DNA from: an uncultured beta proteobacterium
Lineage (GTDB): Bacteria > Pseudomonadota > Gammaproteobacteria > Burkholderiales > Casimicrobiaceae
Length of the DNA: 64,000 nt
Reading direction: 5' to 3'
Assembly: GCA_963788185.1 (NCBI GenBank)
Contig: CAWBGE010000013.1
Location: forward strand, 27,350 to 91,349
Under the pieces are notes generated by a model that saw only the letters and a program-made list of their open reading frames with translations, had not been told where the DNA came from and made no database searches. Numbering within the stretch: position 1 is the stretch's first letter; the number at the start of each line of letters is the position of its first letter. The translations under genes and the position numbers were made by a program. Shown here in pieces: positions 30,841 through 41,645 of the stretch.

Positions 30841-31761
30841 TCAGCCGCGCGGATGATGCTGCGCGTGCAGCGCCTTGAGCCTTTCGCGCGCGACGTGCGT
30901 GTAGATCGTCGTCGTCGTGATGTCGGCGTGGCCCAGCAGCAGCTGCACAACGCGCAGATCTGCGCCGTGATTGAGCAGGTGGGTGGCAAACGCGTGCCGC
31001 AGCACGTGCGGCGACAGCCTCGCGGCCGGGATGCCGGCCTTGATCGCATGGCGCTTGACCAGCAGCCAGAACGCCTGCCGGGTGAGCGGTGCGTGCCGCG
31101 CGGTCAGAAACAGCGCATTGCTCCTGGCGTCACCGGCGAAGCCCGGGCGCGCGTCGGCGAGGTAGCGTTTGATCCATGCGATCGCCTCCTCGCCCAGCGG
31201 CACCAGGCGTTCCTTGCTGCCCTTGCCCAGCACCCGCACCACGCCCATGTCGAGCGACACCTCTCCGAGCGTGAGACCTGTCAACTCCGAGACGCGGAGG
31301 CCCGTGGCGTACAGCGTTTCCAGCATGGCACGGTCGCGCAGCCCACGTGCGGTACCGACATCGGGCGCGGCCAGCAGCGCCTCGACTTCCTTTTCGCTCA
31401 GGTTCTTCGGCAGGCGGCGCGGCAGCTTCGGCGCCCGCACGCGCAGCGTCGGGTCGGCCGCGAGGGTTCCCTGCTGCAGTTGCAGCCCGTAATAGCGCCG
31501 GATTGCCGACAGCCGGCGGGCGATCGACGTCGCTTTCGCCTGCGACCGGTACTGGTAGGCTAGAAAGGCCTCGACCTCGGCCTTGGTCGCGGCCAGAAGC
31601 GAGCTCTCCCGTCCGCGCAGCCAGAGTGACCACCCGATCAGATCCCGGCGGTAACTCGCGAGCGACGAGGGCGCGAGACCATCCTGCAGCCACAGCTGGT
31701 CGCAGAAGGCGTCGATCTGGCGCAGGGCGTCGGTGTCTGGGGGAGGGGACGCAGCGGCCAT
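30841..31761 (-). CDS. xerD: Site-specific tyrosine recombinase XerD
   Basis: The protein aligns end to end with E. coli XerD as I remember it (LWLQDGLA..SYRRDL, LYATGLRVSEL, KGSKERLVPLGEEA, LSPHVLRHAFATHLLNHGADLRVVQLLLGHADITTTTIYTHV). Confidence 0.92.
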   Translation of the reverse strand: MAAASPPPDTDALRQIDAFCDQLWLQDGLAPSSLASYRRDLIGWSLWLRGRESSLLAATKAEVEAFLAYQYRSQAKATSIARRLSAIRRYYGLQLQQGTLAADPTLRVRAPKLPRRLPKNLSEKEVEALLAAPDVGTARGLRDRAMLETLYATGLRVSELTGLTLGEVSLDMGVVRVLGKGSKERLVPLGEEAIAWIKRYLADARPGFAGDARSNALFLTARHAPLTRQAFWLLVKRHAIKAGIPAARLSPHVLRHAFATHLLNHGADLRVVQLLLGHADITTTTIYTHVARERLKALHAQHHPRG

Positions 31762-31789
31762 CGGCGTACGCGGACGGTGAGTACGCGCG

Positions 31790-32377
31790 TCACCCGCCGA
31801 AGCGATAGCCTTCGTGCACGAGGAGCCAGCGCTTGATCAGCAACGGGTCGCCCGCGGACGTGCCCCCGAAGCCACCCAGCGCCCCGCGGCTGCCGACCAC
31901 GCGATGGCAGGGTGTCACCAGCGCGATCGGATTGGCACCGCAGGCGTTGCCGACGGCGCGCGGCCCCGTCCGAAGCCGGCGCGCGAGTTCGCCATAGGTG
32001 CGCGATTCCCCGACGGGAATGCGGTCGATCTCACGCCAGACGCTGCGCTGGAAGGGCGTGCCCTCAGGCGCGAGCGGCAGCGAAAACCGGAATGCGGGGT
32101 CGGCGAGATAGCGCGCAATCTGGCGCACGACCTCCACGGCAAAGTCGCCTTTCGGCCGCTGTGCACGCTCGGACAGCGGCAGATAGGCGACACCGGTCAA
32201 GGTTTCGTCGCGGCACCGGACTCCCAGCACCGCGAACGGGGTGCGGATCTTGGCGGCAAAGTCGTCGCACTCGATGCGAGGGCGGGAGGACCGAACGCGT
32301 GCACGAGCGCCTCCTGACGCGAAAGCATCGGCGGAAACGCGGTTCGCGGCCGAAGCCGCCCGTGCGGGAATCTTCAT
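31790..32377 (-). CDS. ogt: Methylated-DNA--protein-cysteine methyltransferase
   Basis: The active site PCHRVV is present, with TYGELARRL and NACGANP. The ATG overlaps the dctM stop. Confidence 0.85.
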   Translation of the reverse strand: MKIPARAASAANRVSADAFASGGARARVRSSRPRIECDDFAAKIRTPFAVLGVRCRDETLTGVAYLPLSERAQRPKGDFAVEVVRQIARYLADPAFRFSLPLAPEGTPFQRSVWREIDRIPVGESRTYGELARRLRTGPRAVGNACGANPIALVTPCHRVVGSRGALGGFGGTSAGDPLLIKRWLLVHEGYRFGG

Positions 32378-33675
32378 CCGAGTTTCATCTGCCTGGGCAG
32401 GGCGGTGACGAGGTCGGGGAAAAACCAGATGAGCAGCACTGCCGCAATGACCAGGCAGAACATCGGCAGTGCCTCCTTTCCGATCCAGGTGATCTGCTTC
32501 TTCGTCATCCCCTGCAGCACGAACAGGTTGAAGCCCACCGGCGGTGTGATCTGCGCCATCTCCACGACCAGCACGATGAAGATGCCGAACCACAGCAGAT
32601 CGATGCCTGCGGTCTGGACCGTGGGCAGGATCACGCCCATCGTCAGCACCACCATCGAGATGCCGTCGAGGAAGCAGCCCAGCACGACGTAGAAGACCAT
32701 CAGCGCGACGATGAGCGCGAACGGCGGCAAACCCAAGCCTCCGATCCACTCGGCGAGATGCCGGGGCAGGCCGATGTACCCCATCGCCAGCGTCAGGAAC
32801 GCTGCCCCGGAGAGGATCAGCGCGATCATGCAATACAGGCGCGTGGCGCCCAGCAGGCTGTCGCTGAAGGTGCGGCGTGTGAGCGATCCCTGCGTCGCCG
32901 AGATCGCGAGCGAGCCCAGCACGCCGAAAGCGGCCGCTTCGGTGGCGGTGGCGATCCCCACGTAGATCGAGCCCAGCACCAGCCCGATCAGCAGCATCAC
33001 GGGTATCAGGTGGCGCGATGCGTGCAGCTTCTGCAGGAACGTCGTCGCTTCGGTCGCCGCGGGAATGGCGCCCGGATGCAACAGCGACCAGACGACGATG
33101 TAGCCGGAGAAGAGCAGGGCCAGCAGCACGCCGGGAATCACGCCGGCGATGAACAGCTGTGAGATCGACACCTCGGCGGTGACGCCGTAGACGATCATGA
33201 TGATGGACGGCGGAATGAGCAGGCCCAGCGTGCCGGCACCCGCCAGCGTGCCGATGGTCATGCCCTCCGGATAGCCGCGCGACTTCAATTCGGGAAGCGT
33301 CATCTTGCCGATGGTCGCGCAGGTCGCGGCGGACGAGCCCGATACCGCGGCGAAGATCGTGCAGCCGATGATGTTGGTGTGCAGCAGGCGCCCGGGCAGG
33401 CGCTCGAGCCAGGGCGCGAGCCCCTTGAACATGTCTTCGGACAGCCGGGTGCGGAACAGGATCTCGCCCATCCAGATGAACAGCGGCAAGGCGGTCAGCG
33501 TCCACGACGATGCCGAGCCCCAGATCGTCACCGCCATCGCGTCGCCGGCGGGGCGCGACGAGAAGAGTTCCATGCCGATCCAGGCGACACCCGCAAGCGC
33601 CAGGCCGATCCACACGCCGCTGCCCAGCAGCACGAACAGCACGACGACCAGCAGCACGGTGATCAGAGCATCCAC
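32374..33675 (-). CDS. dctM: TRAP transporter large permease
   Basis: 433 aa with about 12 TM segments and typical DctM segments (LPLFIWMGEILF, GTLGLLIPPSIIMIVYG, PPVGFNLFVLQG). Confidence 0.9.
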   Translation of the reverse strand: MDALITVLLVVVLFVLLGSGVWIGLALAGVAWIGMELFSSRPAGDAMAVTIWGSASSWTLTALPLFIWMGEILFRTRLSEDMFKGLAPWLERLPGRLLHTNIIGCTIFAAVSGSSAATCATIGKMTLPELKSRGYPEGMTIGTLAGAGTLGLLIPPSIIMIVYGVTAEVSISQLFIAGVIPGVLLALLFSGYIVVWSLLHPGAIPAATEATTFLQKLHASRHLIPVMLLIGLVLGSIYVGIATATEAAAFGVLGSLAISATQGSLTRRTFSDSLLGATRLYCMIALILSGAAFLTLAMGYIGLPRHLAEWIGGLGLPPFALIVALMVFYVVLGCFLDGISMVVLTMGVILPTVQTAGIDLLWFGIFIVLVVEMAQITPPVGFNLFVLQGMTKKQITWIGKEALPMFCLVIAAVLLIWFFPDLVTALPRQMKLG

Positions 33676-33687
33676 GGCGCGCGCGGC

Positions 33688-34212
33688 CTATTCGTTGTGC
33701 AGGGCGGCATCGCCGGTGGCACGATGCCGTCGCCCGGCGAGTTCAGCGACGAATTCGTCGACCAGCGCGATCAGCAGCACGACGGTTCCCGCGGCCATCA
33801 CCAGCTGCGGCAGCCACAGCGGTGTCGCATCGTTGGCGGTCGAGATGTCGTTGAACTGCCACGACTGGAAGGCGAGGCGGACGCTGTAGAACGCAAACAG
33901 TCCGGCAAGGAGCGTCGCCACTGCCAGTGCGACCCGCGCCAGCGCGCGCTGCGGCGTCGCACTCAGGTGCTCGAGTATCAGCGTCACACGAATGTGCTCG
34001 CCGCGCCGGAAAGTGTGGGCGAGCGCGAGGAACCCGGCACCCGCCATGCAGTAGCCCGCGTAGGCGTCGGTGCCCGGGACGTAGAAATTCAGAATGCGCC
34101 CGCTGATCCCGATCAGCACGAACACGAGTGTGCCGATCAGGAACGCGGCGCCGAGCCAGCCGGCGCCGTCGTACAGCGCGTCGAGCGCGCGGCGCAGCGT
34201 CATGACGCGCAA
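33688..34212 (-). CDS. dctQ: TRAP transporter small permease
   Basis: 174 aa with 4 TM segments. It lies directly between dctP and dctM. Confidence 0.85.
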   Translation of the reverse strand: MRVMTLRRALDALYDGAGWLGAAFLIGTLVFVLIGISGRILNFYVPGTDAYAGYCMAGAGFLALAHTFRRGEHIRVTLILEHLSATPQRALARVALAVATLLAGLFAFYSVRLAFQSWQFNDISTANDATPLWLPQLVMAAGTVVLLIALVDEFVAELAGRRHRATGDAALHNE

Positions 34213-35184
34213 TTACATCGCGCGATAGGCGTCGACCACCTTGCGGCCGTCGTCACCGGACTTGCGCAGCCATTCGGCGAGCATGAGGTTGCCCACCTTG
34301 CGCATGTCCGCCATCAGCTGCTCGGATGGCTTGTGGATGGTCATGCCCTTGGCAGTGAGTTGCTCGTTGTACCACTTCGTCTTTTCTTCCGACGTCTTCC
34401 AGCCGCGGGCTTCGGCCTCGGCGGCGGCCTTCAGGACGGCGGCCTGCGTGGGCTTGTCGAGTGCGTCGAACGCCTTCTGGTTGACGATGATGGCATTCTT
34501 GGGCAGCCATGCCTGCGTGTCGTACAGGTTCTTGATGTGCTCGTAGGTCTTCGAGTCGTATCCAGTCGCGCCCGACGACATGTAGGAATCGATGACGCCG
34601 GTGGCAAGCGCTTGCGAAACTTCCGCGGCCTGCACAGTCACTGGTTGCGCACTGACCAGTTCGGCGATCTTCGAGGTGGCCGGGCTGTAGGCGCGCCACT
34701 TGAGGCCTTTCATGTCGGCCGCGCTGGCGAGGGTCTTCTTGCTGTAGATGCCCTGAGGCGGCCAGGGCACGGCAAACAGCAGCTTCATTCCCTGCTTCGC
34801 GAGCTTGCCGTCGACGGCCGCCTTCGATGCCTTGTAGAGCTTCAGCGACTCGGCATAGGAGGTGGCGAGGAACGGGATGCCGTCGAGGCCGTAAAGCGGA
34901 TCTTCGTTCTCGAAATTGACCAGCAGGATCTCGCCGGCCTGCGCCTGGCCGCCCTGCACCGCCCGCTTGATCTCGGGCGCCTTGAACAGCGATGCGTTCG
35001 CATGCACGGTGATCTTGAGTTTGCCGCCGGTCGCCTTGTCGACGTCGGCGGCAAACCGCTGGATGTTCTCGGTATGGAAGTTCGTCGCCGGATACGCGGT
35101 CGGCAGGTCCCACTTGGTCTGCGCGACTGCGGGGAGGGTGACGGCGAGGCTGACGGCCGCCGCAAATGCGGAAAGGCGTTTCAT
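34213..35184 (-). CDS. dctP: TRAP transporter substrate-binding protein
   Basis: Signal peptide MKRLSAFAAAVSLAVTLPAVAQ. The protein has DctP-like features (WDLPTAYPATNFH, KLKITVHANASLFK). The ligand is unknown. Confidence 0.88.
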   Translation of the reverse strand: MKRLSAFAAAVSLAVTLPAVAQTKWDLPTAYPATNFHTENIQRFAADVDKATGGKLKITVHANASLFKAPEIKRAVQGGQAQAGEILLVNFENEDPLYGLDGIPFLATSYAESLKLYKASKAAVDGKLAKQGMKLLFAVPWPPQGIYSKKTLASAADMKGLKWRAYSPATSKIAELVSAQPVTVQAAEVSQALATGVIDSYMSSGATGYDSKTYEHIKNLYDTQAWLPKNAIIVNQKAFDALDKPTQAAVLKAAAEAEARGWKTSEEKTKWYNEQLTAKGMTIHKPSEQLMADMRKVGNLMLAEWLRKSGDDGRKVVDAYRAM

Positions 35185-35324
35185 CGAGTGTCTCCTGGGA
35201 AAAGGCACGAGGGTAACGAGGTTGGTCCAACGATGGCTATTTACCACATTTGACTCCGGCCTGTACGATAAGCCTGCACGTCCCGCGACCTCGCTCCGCC
35301 TCCCGCCTACCACCGGACCTTCCC

Positions 35325-38300
35325 ATGGCCAAACCGACCGTCCACGGCGCCGACCGCGCGCGCTGGCAATTCTGGATCGACCGCGGCGGCACGTTCACCG
35401 ACATCGTTGCCCGCAGGCCCGACGGAACGCTCTGCACGCACAAGCTCCTGTCCGAGAATCCGGAGCGCTATCGCGATGCCGCCGTCCACGGCATCCGGGA
35501 GCTGCTCGGCCTCGCTGCGCAGGCACCCATTCCTGCGGCGGCAATCGATGCGGTCAAGATGGGGACGACGGTGGCCACCAACGCGCTTCTCGAGCGCAAG
35601 GGCGAACGCACCCTGCTCGTCATCACCCGCGGTTATGCCGACGCGCTCGCCATCGGCTACCAGAACCGGCCGAAGCTTTTCGTCCGGCGGATCGAACTGC
35701 CGTCGCTGCTGTACGCGTCGGTGATCGAAGTCGACGAGCGGATCGGCGCCCGCGGCGAAGTGGTCCGGCCGCTCGACCTTGCCGCCGCCCGGCGCGATCT
35801 GGTCGCCGCGCGCGCTTCCGGCATCGACGCAGTGGCGATCGTGCTGATGCACGGCTACCGCTTTCCGCAGCACGAGCAGGCGCTGGCGGCGCTCGCCCGC
35901 GAACTCGGTTTCGCGCAGGTGTCAGTGAGTCACGAGGTCAGTCCGCTGATGAAGCTCGTCTCGCGCGGCGACACGACCGTCGTCGACGCCTACCTGTCGC
36001 CGATCCTGCGCCGCTACGTGCGGCAGGTCGAGGACGATCTCGACGGCGGTCAGGCAAACGGCGCGCCGCGGCTGCAGTTCATGCAAAGCTCCGGCGGGCT
36101 GACCGACGCGCATCTCTTCCAGGGCAAGGACGCGATCCTGTCGGGCCCTGCCGGCGGGATCGTCGGCGCGGTCGAGGTGTCGCGCCTCGCGGGATTCGAC
36201 CGGATCATCGGCTTCGACATGGGGGGCACGTCGACCGACGTCACGCACTACGCCGGCGAATACGAACGCGCGTTCGTCACCGAAGTGGCAGGGGTGCGGT
36301 TGCGGGCACCGATGATGCGCATCCACACGGTCGCGGCGGGCGGCGGTTCGATCTGCAGCTTCGATGGCGCGCGCTTTCGCGTCGGTCCCGACTCGGCGGG
36401 GGCAAATCCGGGTCCGGCGTCGTACCGGCGCGGCGGCCCGCTGACGGTGACCGACTGCAACGTCATGGTCGGCAAGCTCGACCCGGCGCTGTTTCCGCAG
36501 GTGTTCGGTCCCGGCGGCGACGAGCCGCTGGACGTCGACGTCGTGCGACGGAAATTCGCCGACCTGGCGGCCGAAGTGAGCGCCGCAGCGGGGGTGAGCC
36601 GCACGCCGGAAGCGGTCGCCGCGGGCTTCCTCGAAATCGCGGTGGCGAACATGGCCAACGCGATCAAGCACATCTCGGTGCAGCGCGGGTACGACGTGAC
36701 CGAGTACACGCTCTGCTGCTTCGGCGGCGCCGGCGGCCAGCACGCCTGTCTCGTCGCCGACGCGCTGGGGATGACGCGGGTGTTCCTGCATCCGCTGGCC
36801 GGCGTGCTGTCGGCTTATGGGATGGGCCTGGCCGACGTGAGGGCGCTGAAGCAGCAGGCGGTGGAGGCGAGGCTGTCGGCAAGCGCGCTGGCGGAGACGG
36901 CCCCCCTTCTTGCCGCGCTGGAAGCTGCCGCGCGCGCGGACGTGCTGTCGCAGGGCATCGAGCCCGCGCGCACCACCGCGAAGCGGACGCTGCACGTCAA
37001 GTACGAGGGCACCGATACGACGCTCGAAACCGCCGTTGCGCAGGAAGCCGACATCGTGGCCGATTTCGAGCGCCGGTACCGCACGCAGTACGGCTTCCTG
37101 ATGCCCGGCAAGCCGCTGGTGATCGAGGCGGTTGCCGTCGAGGCGATCGGCCGGGCGCAGGCCGCAGAGGATGCGCCGATCGTCTTCGCACCGCGCGCAG
37201 GCGCGCTGCCGCCGCTCAAGACCCAGCGCGTCTACACCGAAGGCCGGTTCCACGACGCATGGGTTTACGACCGCGATGCGATGCGCCCCGGCGACGTCGT
37301 GACCGGACCGGCGGTCATCCGCGAAGCCAATGCCACCACGGTCGTCGAACCCGGATGGCGCGCGAGCTTCACCGGCCGCGGCGACATCATCCTCGATCGC
37401 TACCAGGCGGCGCGGCGCGTGCACGCCATCGGCACGACGGCCGATCCGGTGCTGCTCGAGGTTTTCAACAACCTATTCATGGCCATCGCCGAGCAGATGG
37501 GCGTGACCCTCGCCAACACCGCCTACTCGGTCAACATCAAGGAGCGGCTCGACTTTTCCTGCGCCATCTTCGACGCGGCCGGCAATCTCATCGCCAATGC
37601 ACCCCACATTCCGGTGCATCTGGGCTCGATGGGCGAAAGCGTGGAGACCGTCATCGGGCGCCGCGCGGGATCGATGCGCCCCGGCGATGTCTATGTGCTC
37701 AACGCGCCCTACAACGGCGGCACGCACCTGCCCGACGTGACGGTGATCGCGCCGGTGTTCCTCGATTCGCAGGTGCCGGAATTCTACGTGGCGAGCCGCG
37801 GCCACCATGCGGACATCGGCGGCACGACGCCGGGATCGATGCCGCCCGACTCGACGCACATCGACGAGGAAGGCGTGCTGCTCGACAACGTGCAGCTCGT
37901 CGCCGAGGGTCGCTTTCTCGACGCCGAGATGCGCGCGATCCTGGCCGGCGGACGCTACCCGTCGCGCAACATCGACCAGAACCTCGCCGACATGCGGGCG
38001 CAGGTCGCCGCCTGCGCGAAGGGCGCCGAGGAACTCGTGCGCATGGTGGCGCATTTCACGTTGCCGGTGGTTCGGGCCTACATGCAGCACGTTCAGGACA
38101 ACGCCGAAGAGGCGGTTCGCCGCGTGCTCGACGTGCTGAAGGACGGGCATTTCGAGGTCGAAATGGACAGCGGCGCGAAGATCGCGGTCACCATCACCAT
38201 CGACCAGCCGCGACGCGAGGCGAAGATCGACTTCACCGGCACCAGCCCGCAGCAGCCGACCAATTTCAACGCGCCTTCCGCGGTGTGCAAGGCTGCGGTG

Positions 38301-38969
38301 CTGTACGTGTTCAGGACGCTGGTCGACGGCGAGATCCCGATGAATGCGGGCTGTCTGAAGCCGCTGTCCATCGTCATTCCCGAAGGCTCGATGCTTGCGC
38401 CGCGCTACCCGGCGGCGGTGGTCGCCGGCAACGTCGAAACCTCGCAGGCGATCACCGATGCGTTGTACGGCGCGCTGGGCGTGCTGGCCGCCTCGCAGGG
38501 CACGATGAACAACTTCACCTTCGGCAATGCCACCTACCAGTATTACGAAACCATCGCCGGAGGGGCCGGCGCGGGACCGGACTTCGACGGCGCCAGCGTG
38601 GTCCAGACGCACATGACCAACTCCCGGCTCACCGACCCCGAGGTGCTGGAGTGGCGGTTTCCGGTTCGCCTGCAGGCCTATTCGATCCGGCGCGGCAGCG
38701 GTGGCGCCGGCGCGCATCGCGGCGGCAACGGCGGAACGCGAAGAATCGAATTCCTCGAGCCCATGACGGCGGTGATCCTCGCCAACCATCGCCGCGTGCC
38801 GCCTTCCGGCGCCGCGGGCGGCGCGCCGGGTGCCGTGGGCCGCAACTGGGTCGAGCGGCGCGACGGCAGGTGCCAAACGTTTGGCGCCACCGCGGCGGTC
38901 GCAATGGAGCCCGGCGACGTCTTCGTGATCGAGACGCCGGGCGGCGGCGGTTTCGGCATTCCCGAATGA
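35325..38969 (+). CDS. Fused hydantoinase A/B-type 5-oxoprolinase (ATP-hydrolysing), 1214 aa
   Basis: The N-terminus [21 protein letters not shown] is Hydantoinase_A-like. The C-terminal half is HyuB-like ([45 protein letters not shown]). Confidence 0.9.
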   Translation: MAKPTVHGADRARWQFWIDRGGTFTDIVARRPDGTLCTHKLLSENPERYRDAAVHGIRELLGLAAQAPIPAAAIDAVKMGTTVATNALLERKGERTLLVITRGYADALAIGYQNRPKLFVRRIELPSLLYASVIEVDERIGARGEVVRPLDLAAARRDLVAARASGIDAVAIVLMHGYRFPQHEQALAALARELGFAQVSVSHEVSPLMKLVSRGDTTVVDAYLSPILRRYVRQVEDDLDGGQANGAPRLQFMQSSGGLTDAHLFQGKDAILSGPAGGIVGAVEVSRLAGFDRIIGFDMGGTSTDVTHYAGEYERAFVTEVAGVRLRAPMMRIHTVAAGGGSICSFDGARFRVGPDSAGANPGPASYRRGGPLTVTDCNVMVGKLDPALFPQVFGPGGDEPLDVDVVRRKFADLAAEVSAAAGVSRTPEAVAAGFLEIAVANMANAIKHISVQRGYDVTEYTLCCFGGAGGQHACLVADALGMTRVFLHPLAGVLSAYGMGLADVRALKQQAVEARLSASALAETAPLLAALEAAARADVLSQGIEPARTTAKRTLHVKYEGTDTTLETAVAQEADIVADFERRYRTQYGFLMPGKPLVIEAVAVEAIGRAQAAEDAPIVFAPRAGALPPLKTQRVYTEGRFHDAWVYDRDAMRPGDVVTGPAVIREANATTVVEPGWRASFTGRGDIILDRYQAARRVHAIGTTADPVLLEVFNNLFMAIAEQMGVTLANTAYSVNIKERLDFSCAIFDAAGNLIANAPHIPVHLGSMGESVETVIGRRAGSMRPGDVYVLNAPYNGGTHLPDVTVIAPVFLDSQVPEFYVASRGHHADIGGTTPGSMPPDSTHIDEEGVLLDNVQLVAEGRFLDAEMRAILAGGRYPSRNIDQNLADMRAQVAACAKGAEELVRMVAHFTLPVVRAYMQHVQDNAEEAVRRVLDVLKDGHFEVEMDSGAKIAVTITIDQPRREAKIDFTGTSPQQPTNFNAPSAVCKAAVLYVFRTLVDGEIPMNAGCLKPLSIVIPEGSMLAPRYPAAVVAGNVETSQAITDALYGALGVLAASQGTMNNFTFGNATYQYYETIAGGAGAGPDFDGASVVQTHMTNSRLTDPEVLEWRFPVRLQAYSIRRGSGGAGAHRGGNGGTRRIEFLEPMTAVILANHRRVPPSGAAGGAPGAVGRNWVERRDGRCQTFGATAAVAMEPGDVFVIETPGGGGFGIPE

Positions 38970-41083
38970 AGATCCGCCTGCCCGTCATCGGTTGGATGGC
39001 GAGCCTGGCGCGCCTGGTGCGCGGACCGCGCGAACGTCCCGCACTCGACTATCTCCTGGGCGAGATCAATCCCCAGGCACCGCTGGCGCAGCGCGTCGCA
39101 TGGCTGATCGACGTCATCCGCTGGGTCAAGGTCCATCAGCCGCCGAAGACGGTGGTCGCGGGCGAGGGTGTCGCAGAAGGCGATGACGCTCCCGCGGAGA
39201 TGCTCGCCACCGATACGCTTCGATTGCGCGCGGCGCGCGTGCGATTCGTGCTGCGGGTGCTGGATCGGCAACCCGCGTGGAAGTCCGCGTTCGCGAAGAC
39301 GCTGCGTTCGGTGCTGCGCGACGCCCAGGCCGTGCGCCTGTTCGGCGCGACCGGCTTGCCGCAGGAATTTGCGTTCTGGAGCGAAGCGGTGCACCGCGTG
39401 GCGGCGAAATTCCTGCCGGAGCCGCCGGTCGACGACGACCTGGCACAGATCTTCCTGGCACTTTTTCCCGAACACGACGACGCGGTGCTGCTGGAAAGGC
39501 TTCCCCATGCCACGCTGGCCGCATTTCGCGCGCTCTTCCACTACGACGAGGCGCCCGAGGAAGCCTGCTGGGCGGTGTTGCGGCGCGATCTCGACGATGC
39601 GGTCGTCGCGCTGGGCGCAAGGATCGCCGCCGTCGGCGTCGTCGACGCGATACGGCGGCGCGCCGTCCCCGGCGCCTTGCAGTCATCGCCTTTCCTGCGC
39701 GTCGGCCCGGCCGCCGAGGCTGTGATCGCGACGGGGGACGGAAGCGTCTCCGCTGCCGAAGCTGCCGTCACAATCAATCGCTACCACCAGGAACGCGACG
39801 GATGCCGTCGCGCGCTGGCCGAAGTGACCGCGCATCTGGAGGAGAACGGCGTCAGCGTGGCGCTCGTCTACCAGGTGGAGCTCGCACTGTGGCGCCTCGA
39901 CCGCATCGACAGGCTGGTGCTGCTCGCCACCGACGCCGAGCACAGCATCGGCGCCTATGCGCGGTTTGTGGCGCAGCTGGTGCGGGAAATGCACGCGCGC
40001 CGCAGCGTGCGGGCGCTTTTCCGGACCAATCTCACGCTGTTGACACGCAAGATCGCCGAGCGCACCGGCAAGACGGGCGAGCACTACATCACCCACGACC
40101 GCGCCGAATACGGCGACATGCTGCGCTCGTCGGCCAAGGGCGGCGCGCTGACCGGAATCACCGTGTTCGTGAAGTTCCTCACCGTCGGACACGGCCTCGC
40201 GCCGTTCTTCGAAGGCGTCGCGGCCGCGCTCAATTACGCGGTGTCGTTTTGCCTCATCCAGTTCACGCACGGCACGCTGGCCACCAAACAGCCGGCGATG
40301 ACGGCGGCGGCGCTGGCGGGGAAGCTGAAGCACGCGCGCCACCGGGGTCGCCTGCGCGAGTTCGTCGACGAAGTCGCCAACCTCACGCGCTCGCAGGTCG
40401 CGGCGATTTTCGGCAACCTCGCGATCGTGATTCCGGCGGCGCTGGTCGTGGGAGTGTCCTGGGCGCTGGCGGGCGGCGACACGGTGCCCGGCACGACCAA
40501 GGCGCTGGCCACGATCGAGTCGCTGTCGATCCTCGGGGCGACGCCGGTGTACGCAGCGTTCACGGGCGTGTTGCTCTGGACCAGCGCCGTGCTGTCGGGG
40601 TGGGTCGAGAACTGGGCTACCTTTCGCCGATTGCCGGACGCGATCGCGCGCCACCCGCGTCTTGTCTACGCGTTCGGTCCCGAGCGGATGCGGCGAACGG
40701 CCGATTGGTTCGACCGAAATGTTGCGGGGCTGGGCGGCAACATTTCACTCGGCGTCCTGCTCGGCATGATTCCGGTCGTGGCGGCCTTTTTCGGCCTGCC
40801 GCTCGATGTGCGGCACGTCACGCTGTCGACGGGTTCGCTGGCGCTGGCGGTCTATGCGCTGGGCTCCGCAACATTGCTTTCGACCGGTTTCTGGCTCGCA
40901 GTCGCCGGAATCGCGGTCATCGGCGCTTTGAATCTCGGCGTGTCGTTCGCGCTGGCACTGTGGGTTGCGATACGCTCGACAGGGGCACGGGAACTGTCGC
41001 GCCGCCGCGTCTACCGGGCGGTGATTGCGCGCTTCTTCGCCTCCCCGCGCGATTTCCTGCTGCCCCCGCGCGGGAAATCCTGA
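38966..41083 (+). CDS. Large membrane protein (705 aa), resembles the family mis-annotated as 'site-specific recombinase' (PF10136-like, from memory)
   Basis: The ATG overlaps the oxoprolinase stop (ATGA). A soluble N-terminal half of about 380 aa is followed by at least six hydrophobic segments. The family call is not verified. Confidence 0.8.
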   Translation: MKIRLPVIGWMASLARLVRGPRERPALDYLLGEINPQAPLAQRVAWLIDVIRWVKVHQPPKTVVAGEGVAEGDDAPAEMLATDTLRLRAARVRFVLRVLDRQPAWKSAFAKTLRSVLRDAQAVRLFGATGLPQEFAFWSEAVHRVAAKFLPEPPVDDDLAQIFLALFPEHDDAVLLERLPHATLAAFRALFHYDEAPEEACWAVLRRDLDDAVVALGARIAAVGVVDAIRRRAVPGALQSSPFLRVGPAAEAVIATGDGSVSAAEAAVTINRYHQERDGCRRALAEVTAHLEENGVSVALVYQVELALWRLDRIDRLVLLATDAEHSIGAYARFVAQLVREMHARRSVRALFRTNLTLLTRKIAERTGKTGEHYITHDRAEYGDMLRSSAKGGALTGITVFVKFLTVGHGLAPFFEGVAAALNYAVSFCLIQFTHGTLATKQPAMTAAALAGKLKHARHRGRLREFVDEVANLTRSQVAAIFGNLAIVIPAALVVGVSWALAGGDTVPGTTKALATIESLSILGATPVYAAFTGVLLWTSAVLSGWVENWATFRRLPDAIARHPRLVYAFGPERMRRTADWFDRNVAGLGGNISLGVLLGMIPVVAAFFGLPLDVRHVTLSTGSLALAVYALGSATLLSTGFWLAVAGIAVIGALNLGVSFALALWVAIRSTGARELSRRRVYRAVIARFFASPRDFLLPPRGKS

Positions 41084-41159
41084 TTCGGCCTTCGTCGCGG
41101 GATCGCGCAGCAGCGATGCGGGGCGGCATAATCGGAAACATTCACATGGAGGTTGGCTC

Positions 41160-41645
41160 ATGGCTTCAGCTTCAATTTACGACTTCAGCGTCGACGACAT
41201 CGCAGGCAAGCCGGTGGCACTGGAGCGCTACCGGGGCAAGGTGCTGCTGATCGTCAACACCGCCAGCAAGTGCGGATTTACACCGCAGTACAAGGGCCTC
41301 GAGGCGCTGTACAGGAAATACCGGTCGCAGGGGCTCGAAGTGCTCGGATTCCCCTGCAACCAGTTCGGCGCGCAGGAGCCCGGCTCGGCCGAGGAAATCG
41401 AGTCTTTTTGCGAGATCAACTACGGCGTGACGTTCCCGCTGTTCGCCAAGGTCGATGTCAACGGTGACGATGCCGCGCCGCTGTACCGGCATCTGAAGCG
41501 GGAAAGGCCCGGCCTCCTGGGGTCCGAGGCGATCAAGTGGAACTTCACCAAATTCCTGGTGGATCGCGAAGGCAAGGTCGTCGAACGCTACGCACCGAAC
41601 ACCGAGCCGGCCGCGCTCTCCGCAGACGTCGAGAATCTGCTGTGA
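41160..41645 (+). CDS. Glutathione peroxidase (Cys type)
   Basis: LLIVNTASKCGFTPQY, LGFPCNQFGAQEPG and WNFTKFLV are present. An RBS (GGAGG) lies upstream. Confidence 0.92.
   Translation: MASASIYDFSVDDIAGKPVALERYRGKVLLIVNTASKCGFTPQYKGLEALYRKYRSQGLEVLGFPCNQFGAQEPGSAEEIESFCEINYGVTFPLFAKVDVNGDDAAPLYRHLKRERPGLLGSEAIKWNFTKFLVDREGKVVERYAPNTEPAALSADVENLL

Noticed and set aside
34916-41083. A 2055-aa ORF spanning dctP (antisense), the oxoprolinase (alternative frame) and the membrane protein
   Set aside because: Only the last 705 codons (from ATG 38966) look like real protein. The upstream part overlaps genes with strong homology in other frames or on the other strand and is Arg/Ala/Gly/Pro-rich junk.
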